Source of the DNA: an uncultured Gammaproteobacteria bacterium
GTDB lineage: Bacteria; Pseudomonadota; Gammaproteobacteria; UBA9214
Length of the DNA: 64,000 nt
Assembly (NCBI GenBank): GCA_963827755.1
Contig: CAWHCQ010000021.1
Location: forward strand, 96,001-160,000
Direction of reading: 5' to 3'
Every line of letters starts with the position of its first letter. Position 1 is the first letter of the stretch. The notes below the pieces were generated by a model. The model saw nothing but the letters and a program-made list of their open reading frames with translations. It was not told the DNA's origin and made no database searches. Made by a program: the position numbers and the translations under genes. Positions 58,343 to 64,000 of this stretch are shown in pieces.

Positions 58343-60822
58343 CTAGAGGTCCGTGTGCCGCAATCTCAGGGAATTGCTGATCACCGACACCGAGCTGAAG
58401 CTCATTGCCACGGCCGCGATCATCGGCGATAGCAATATCCCGAACAGCGGATACAGCACACCTGCCGCGATCGGCACGCCCAGCGAGTTGTAGATAAACG
58501 CGAAAAACAGGTTCTGCCGGATATTGCGCATGACTGCACGGCTCAGGTGCCGCGCCCGCACAATGCCGCGCAGGTCGCCTTTCACCAGGGTAATGCCCGC
58601 ACTTTCCATGGCGACATCGGTACCGCTGCCCATCGCAATGCCGACATGTGCCTGTGCCAGTGCCGGCGCGTCGTTGATGCCATCGCCGGCCATGGCGACG
58701 GTGCGGCCCCCGGCCTGTAACTGCCTGACGATATCCGCCTTCTGCTGCGGCAGGACCTCGGCCTCGACGCGGTCGATGCCGAGTTGTTCGGCAACGGCCA
58801 TGGCCGTGGTGCGGTTATCGCCGGTCAGCATGACGACCTCGATACCTTCCGCGTGCAGCTTGAGAATGGCCTCGCTTGCAGAGGCCTTGACCGGATCGGC
58901 CACACCGATCAGCCCGGCGGGCTTGCCGTCAATTGCAACGAACATGACGGTCTGCCCTGCCGCGCGTCCTGTTTCGGCCTGTTGTGCAAGGGTGTCAGGA
59001 TCGATGCCGAGATCTTCGAGCATCTTTCTGTTGCCAAGTGCCACCGGCCGCCCGTCAACCTTTCCGCTAACGCCCTTGCCGGTTAGCGCTGCAAATGCAT
59101 CCGTTTGCTGCAGGCTGATACCCCTGGCTTGTGCGCCTTTTACTATTGCCCCGGCGAGTGGATGTTCACTGGCGCGTTCCAGGCTGGCGGCGAGCCGCAG
59201 GACATCCGTTTCTGTAAAGTCCGCGGTGGTTTCGACGCTGACCAGCACGGGTTTTCCTTCGGTCAGTGTACCGGTCTTGTCGACCACCAGGGTGTCGACC
59301 TTCTCCATGATTTCGAGCGCTTCCGCGTTTTTGATGAGTACCCCCAGGGTTGCGCCCCTGCCGGTGCCGACCATGATGGACATCGGCGTGGCCAGGCCCA
59401 GTGCGCACGGACAGGCGATGATCAGCACGGCCACGGCATTGACCACGGCGTGGGCCAGCCGTGGCTCGGGGCCCCAGCAGGCCCGACACGACAAAGGCGC
59501 TGACCGCAACCGCGACCACGGCCGGCACAAACCAGCCGGCAACGACATCCGCCAGTCGTTGTATCGGGGCGCGCGAGCGCTGTGCTTCACTGACCATCTG
59601 CACGATTTGCGCAAGCAGGGTGTCACTGCCGACTTTCTCGGCGCGCATCAGCAGGCTGCCGGTGCCGTTGACGGTGGCGCCGATGACGGCGTCACCCGTG
59701 GATTTTTCACGGAGATGGCTTCACCGCTGACCATGGATTCATCGACCGCGCTGTTGCCGTCCGGTGACGACGCCGTCCACCGGGATTTTTTCGCCGGGGC
59801 GTACGCGCAGCACGTCACCGGCCTGCACCTGTTCGCAGCGGAATATCGGTTTCACTGCCATCCTCGTGAACGATGCGTGCGCGGTCGGGCGCGAGCCCCA
59901 TTAACAGCCTGATGGCGGCGTTGGTCTGCCCGCGTGCACGCAACTCCAGCACCTGGCCGAGCAGCACCAGGGCGACGATGACGGCCGCCGCCTCGAAATA
60001 GACGGCAACCGTGCCATCGGCATGCTGCATGACGGGCGGGAAGACGGCGGGTGCCAGCAGGGCGACGACGCTGTAGCTCCAGGCGACGCTGACACCCAGC
60101 CCGATCAGGGTGAACATGTTGAGGTTCCAGCTGAGTACGGATTGCCAGCCGCGTACCAGGAATGGCCAGCCACCCCAGAGCACGACCGGGGTCGCCAGCA
60201 AAAACTCGATCCACTGGACCCGCACCATGGTCAGACCGGCGGGCAGCAGGCCGGGCTGCATGTCGGCAATCATGGCGAGCACGAACACCGGCAGCGCAAG
60301 CAGCGTGCAGACCCGCAAGCGCCGGCTCATATCGATGAGTTCCTCGTTTTTTTCCTCGACGCTGACCGTGCGCGGCTCCAGCGCCATGCCGCACTTCGGG
60401 CAGCTGCCCGGTTCATCCTGCACGACCTCGGGATGCATCGGGCAGGTGTACTCGGTGCGCGTTTCCGGCGGGCGCACGGCTTCGGGCTCCAGCGCCATGC
60501 CACAAGACGGGCAGGCCCCCGGACCCTGCTGCCGGACCTCCGGACACATGGGGCAGATATAGTCGGTGGACGCGCCGGCTGGCGGTGCGGCCGCCGGTTC
60601 GGCAGGCGGGTTCAGGTAATGTTCGGGGTCGGCGGCAAATTTCCCCTGGCAGCCGCCGCAGCAGAAATAGTAATCGGTGTTTCGGTAGGCATAGTGGTGT
60701 TCGCTTGCCGTGGTGACGGCCATGCCGCACACGGGGTCAGTCAGCGCTGCTGTGGGTTCACCCTGTGCGTGACAGCAGCCCTGTTGGTCCACTGAACCGT
60801 CTGTTTTATTTCCGTCACGCAT
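58343..60822 (-). CDS. copA: Cu(I)-translocating P1B ATPase with YHS and CPMH metal-binding domains (4 or more indels at 59490-59835)
   Basis: DPVCGM...YYFCC (YHS), [31 protein letters not shown], and YN plus MSFSS Cu+ signatures. Confidence 0.92.
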
Positions 60823-61036
60823 GCTGGTCTCCTTTGGCGCGCGCCTGCTGGATCGGCGGGCAGGGTAGCGTACCGTAGGAGCAGAACACGCAGCAGTCCC
60901 CCGGCAGGGGTTTGAGCAGCGCGCCGCAGTGCCTGCATTCGTGGTAGTACAGGCACCTGTCCACGGGCATGGTCTCGCTGGACCGATGCCCGCATTGCGG
61001 GCAGGTCAGTTCCGATATCAGTTCAACGTCCGGCAT
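60815..61036 (-). CDS. GDCCVxC domain protein (all-Cys form)
   Basis: TCPQCGH...MP..RC..YHEC..CG..LKP.PGDCCVFCSYG..CPP; overlaps the copA start by 8 nt. Confidence 0.9.
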   Translation of the reverse strand: MPDVELISELTCPQCGHRSSETMPVDRCLYYHECRHCGALLKPLPGDCCVFCSYGTLPCPPIQQARAKGDQHA

Positions 61037-61413
61037 GGATGGCTCCTCTTTCTCACATTGTGGTCCAGTCATGCCCTGATAAATACATATTCCCGCCATC
61101 AACAGCGTAGCACCCCGCCGTCACGAGCGTAGCCCCTGCCATCTCCAGGTGGCATCCCGTCATCGCGAGCACAACACGGCAATCCCCCGAATTTGCCCGC
61201 TGCCCGAATGAGCGCCGCAGCGCAGTCCTTGAAAACCGCGCAGCCACGCTTTTGGCAGACGCACACGCTGCGGTATCCCTGCAAGCCATTGAATCAACAT
61301 CAAATACGGCTTATTGCCCCCCCGGCCGCCGTGTGCCCGCCTGCTCAAGCTTGTCAACATCCGGTCGTTATTATCGTGTAATCCACACTAATGGGTTGGG
61401 ACCGGTCCTGCCA

Positions 61414-63270
61414 ATGAATTTAACAAGCCTGAAAAATACCTGGAACAGGGAGCGTCTCGGGCTGCTGATGATCCTGGCCTCGCTGGGTGTTATTAGCGTG
61501 ATCGTCAGCATGCTGTTCATTAACCAGCAGCGTTCCGAAGAGGTCCATATACGCGAGCAGGGCGCCAGCCTGGTGCGCCTGCTGTCGCGGATGCCGTTCT
61601 CCGAGGTCGTCCCCGGGGATGGCTCGCAGGGCGTCCTCTCCGTGCTCGAGAATATCAAGGAGAGGTCGGCGTTCTCCTACCTCGCGATCGTCGATACCGA
61701 TAACCGTCTGCTCTCGGAGATTATCCTCCCGGGCGTGGTGGTGCCTGCTGCCCCGTTGTCGGCGAACCCCGCCTCCTGGCTCGGTGAGCGGATGCTCGCG
61801 CAGGCCGATAACGGAAACGAGATCACAGAATTCCATGCACCACTGCTCGATAACGGCCTGCTGGCCGGGCATGTCCGGCTCGGCTTTCTGAAGCCCGGCA
61901 TCGGGATCGGCATCGAACAGCTGCCGTTCCTCGCGACGCTGGCGCTGCCGATTTTTCTGCTGACGCCGCTGTTCTATTTCCTCGTGCGCCGCGAGGTGCG
62001 GCCGCTGCAGAAGGTCAACCGGCAACTCGACGAACTGGTCGAACGCGGCAGCCTGAACAAGGTGGAGATCAGCGCGACCGGTGAAATGAAGGAATTCATG
62101 GGACGCTTCAACGGGTTCATCGATTCGGCCCGCGAGCGGATCAACCGGCTGGAGTCGGAAAAAAATACCCTGGAAACGTCCACGAAGCTGCTTTCCTACA
62201 ACCGCTCGCGCATCGATTCAGTGCTGCAGTCCCTGCCGGATGCGGTCATGGTAATGGATGAGTCAGGTACCGTAAGCCTTGCCAATGCCAGGTTCAGGAG
62301 CCTGCTGGGTGTACCGCTGGAAAACGTCATCGGCAAGCGGCCGCTGGACTGGTCAAAAGACAAGAACCTGGTCGCCTTTCTGGCGGGCTGCAGCGGTAAA
62401 TCAGGCCGCGGCTTTAGCCTCGAAAGGTTCGTGTATTCGCCCGAGCGCTCGCCGGAAAAGTCGATCGCCGTCATGCCGCTGCCGCTGTTTTCTCCAAAGG
62501 ATGACAGCCAGGTGCTCGGTGCGCTGGTGGTGTTCCGCGACATTACGGCGGAAACACTGGCCAAGCAGAGCAGCAGCGCATTCGTTGCGCACGTCGCGCA
62601 CGAGCTGAAATCACCTCTGAATATTATTGCCATGTACAGCGAAACCATACTCGGAGAAGATGGCGAGAGTCCGGAATTCCGTATCGAGGCCGGCAATATA
62701 ATTCACGACGAAACAGAAAGGCTGTCGGGGCTGATCGACAACATTCTCAATATCACCAAGATCGAGATGGGCGGCATTGCGCTCGACCGGCAGCGCTGCA
62801 AGATCGGCGAAATGCTGCAGGATACCTTCGACGCCTGTGCCCGTGACATGCGCGGCAAGGAACTGGACCTGCAGATCAATATACCCCATGAGATGAGCGC
62901 GGTCTCGATCGACAAGAGCCTGCTGCGTATCGCGGTGAATAACCTGCTGACCAACGCCATCAAGTACAGTAACGCCGGCGGCCAGGTGACCCTGTCGGCT
63001 GAAGAGAACGATATCACCATTCTCATCAAGGTCAGGGACAACGGTATCGGTATATCAGCAGAAGAGCAGGAAAGGATTTTCGACAAGTTTTACCGCTCGG
63101 AGTCAGCAGCAGCGCAGAACCGCAACGGCCATGGCCTCGGACTGGCGCTGGCGCGGGAAATCGTCCACCTGCACCACGGCACGTTGAGGCTCGAGAGCAC
63201 GCCGGGCGAAGGCTCCGAGTTCGTAATCGAGTTCAGAAAAGAAACACAATTATTGAAGCAGGCGGTGTGA
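61414..63270 (+). CDS. Membrane PAS sensor histidine kinase
   Basis: Two TMs, PAS domain, H-box AHELKSPL, NLLTNAIKY, DNGIG and GLGL. Confidence 0.93.
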   Translation: MNLTSLKNTWNRERLGLLMILASLGVISVIVSMLFINQQRSEEVHIREQGASLVRLLSRMPFSEVVPGDGSQGVLSVLENIKERSAFSYLAIVDTDNRLLSEIILPGVVVPAAPLSANPASWLGERMLAQADNGNEITEFHAPLLDNGLLAGHVRLGFLKPGIGIGIEQLPFLATLALPIFLLTPLFYFLVRREVRPLQKVNRQLDELVERGSLNKVEISATGEMKEFMGRFNGFIDSARERINRLESEKNTLETSTKLLSYNRSRIDSVLQSLPDAVMVMDESGTVSLANARFRSLLGVPLENVIGKRPLDWSKDKNLVAFLAGCSGKSGRGFSLERFVYSPERSPEKSIAVMPLPLFSPKDDSQVLGALVVFRDITAETLAKQSSSAFVAHVAHELKSPLNIIAMYSETILGEDGESPEFRIEAGNIIHDETERLSGLIDNILNITKIEMGGIALDRQRCKIGEMLQDTFDACARDMRGKELDLQINIPHEMSAVSIDKSLLRIAVNNLLTNAIKYSNAGGQVTLSAEENDITILIKVRDNGIGISAEEQERIFDKFYRSESAAAQNRNGHGLGLALAREIVHLHHGTLRLESTPGEGSEFVIEFRKETQLLKQAV

Positions 63271-63272
63271 TC

Positions 63273-63680
63273 ATGAAGCGTATCCTGATTGTTGATGATG
63301 AACCACATGTAATCCGCGTGATGCGCCTGGCGCTGGAGCGGGCCGGCTACGAGATAAGGGAGGCGGGAAACGGCGAGGTGGCGCTGCAGCGCATTGCCGA
63401 GGAAATTCCCGACGTCATGATCACGGATATCGATATGCCGCGCATGAGTGGTGAAGCACTCTGCATGGAAATACAGCGCACGATGCCGGAGCGGACATTC
63501 CGCATCTACGTGCTGACAGCGCGCGCCGAGCTTGAACACCGCGAGTGGTCGGCAGCCATGCCCAACCTGGATTTTATGGAAAAACCCGTCAGTATCCGCA
63601 AGCTGATTGCGCGCCTGGAGAACTTTTTCAGGGATGACTCCGAACAGGACCAACAGCCACGGAGCATGACCGCGCCGTGA
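63273..63680 (+). CDS. Single-domain response regulator
   Basis: ILIVDDE, TDIDMP and KP motif. Confidence 0.92.
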   Translation: MKRILIVDDEPHVIRVMRLALERAGYEIREAGNGEVALQRIAEEIPDVMITDIDMPRMSGEALCMEIQRTMPERTFRIYVLTARAELEHREWSAAMPNLDFMEKPVSIRKLIARLENFFRDDSEQDQQPRSMTAP

Positions 63681-64000
63681 AGCCTGCCTGGTTCGATAGA
63701 TACTTTTTCCTGCTCGAACGGCTGGTGCCGCAGGCAGAAGGCCTTGTGGCGTGTGATGCGACGGGGAAGGTCATATCCATGCAGGGCGGATCAGCGGATG
63801 TCTCGGTTGGCGACTACCTGCATATCGGCCCCGGCAGCGGCGTAGACGACGCAGACCAGCCTGCCGGTACAGCTACACTGAATGCCGCGGACGGCAGCGT
63901 GCTTTTCCGTCGCGATATTTCATGCAGTACAGGCACGCATGCCGGTGCCTTGCTGGTCTATATGAGCCCCGGGTTCCCGGCGGATGATCACGCTGCAATT
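63677..64000 (+). CDS. Partial ORF running off the window end (probable signalling protein)
   Basis: GTG overlaps the RR stop (GTGA); frame open to the end, MKPAWFDRYFFLLERLVP... Confidence 0.6.
   Translation, partial: MKPAWFDRYFFLLERLVPQAEGLVACDATGKVISMQGGSADVSVGDYLHIGPGSGVDDADQPAGTATLNAADGSVLFRRDISCSTGTHAGALLVYMSPGFPADDHAAI

Noticed and set aside
59490-59840. Programmed frameshift in copA (as in E. coli CopA/CopZ)
   Set aside because: There are several shifts in the actuator/TM region rather than one after the metal-binding domain, and they match the window-wide indel noise.
60815-61036. Selenocysteine in the GDCCVxC protein
   Set aside because: All relevant codons are Cys; there is no in-frame TGA.

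Overview
High-GC gammaproteobacterial chromosome segment spanning the replication origin. Gene order: gyrB-recF-dnaN-[oriC]-dnaA <> rpmH-rnpA-yidD-yidC-mnmE, an ~8 kb accessory block, mnmG-rsmG-parA-parB, the atp operon plus an FKBP PPIase, glmU-glmS, uvrD, stress/c-di-GMP/TRAP genes, polA, yihA, cytochrome c4-dsbA, a DUF1538-PII-CBS operon, GDCCVxC-copA and a two-component system. About a dozen genes, several essential, carry single-base indels that are almost certainly long-read consensus errors. Most interesting observations: (1) a signal-peptide-bearing upstream ORF ending in an HGPP (RAPP-like) motif that heads an SLC13-nhaD remnant-degenerate apbE unit, a candidate ribosome-arrest regulator of Na+ homeostasis; (2) a candidate sigmaE-driven sRNA with a C-rich loop at the Spot42/ErsA position between polA and yihA; (3) two internally deleted gene remnants (nhaD, LOG family) not resolved in the ORF track; (4) two parS sites inside recF; (5) two GTAG-type REP families. 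All family assignments were made by eye from motifs and synteny; no database searches were run.
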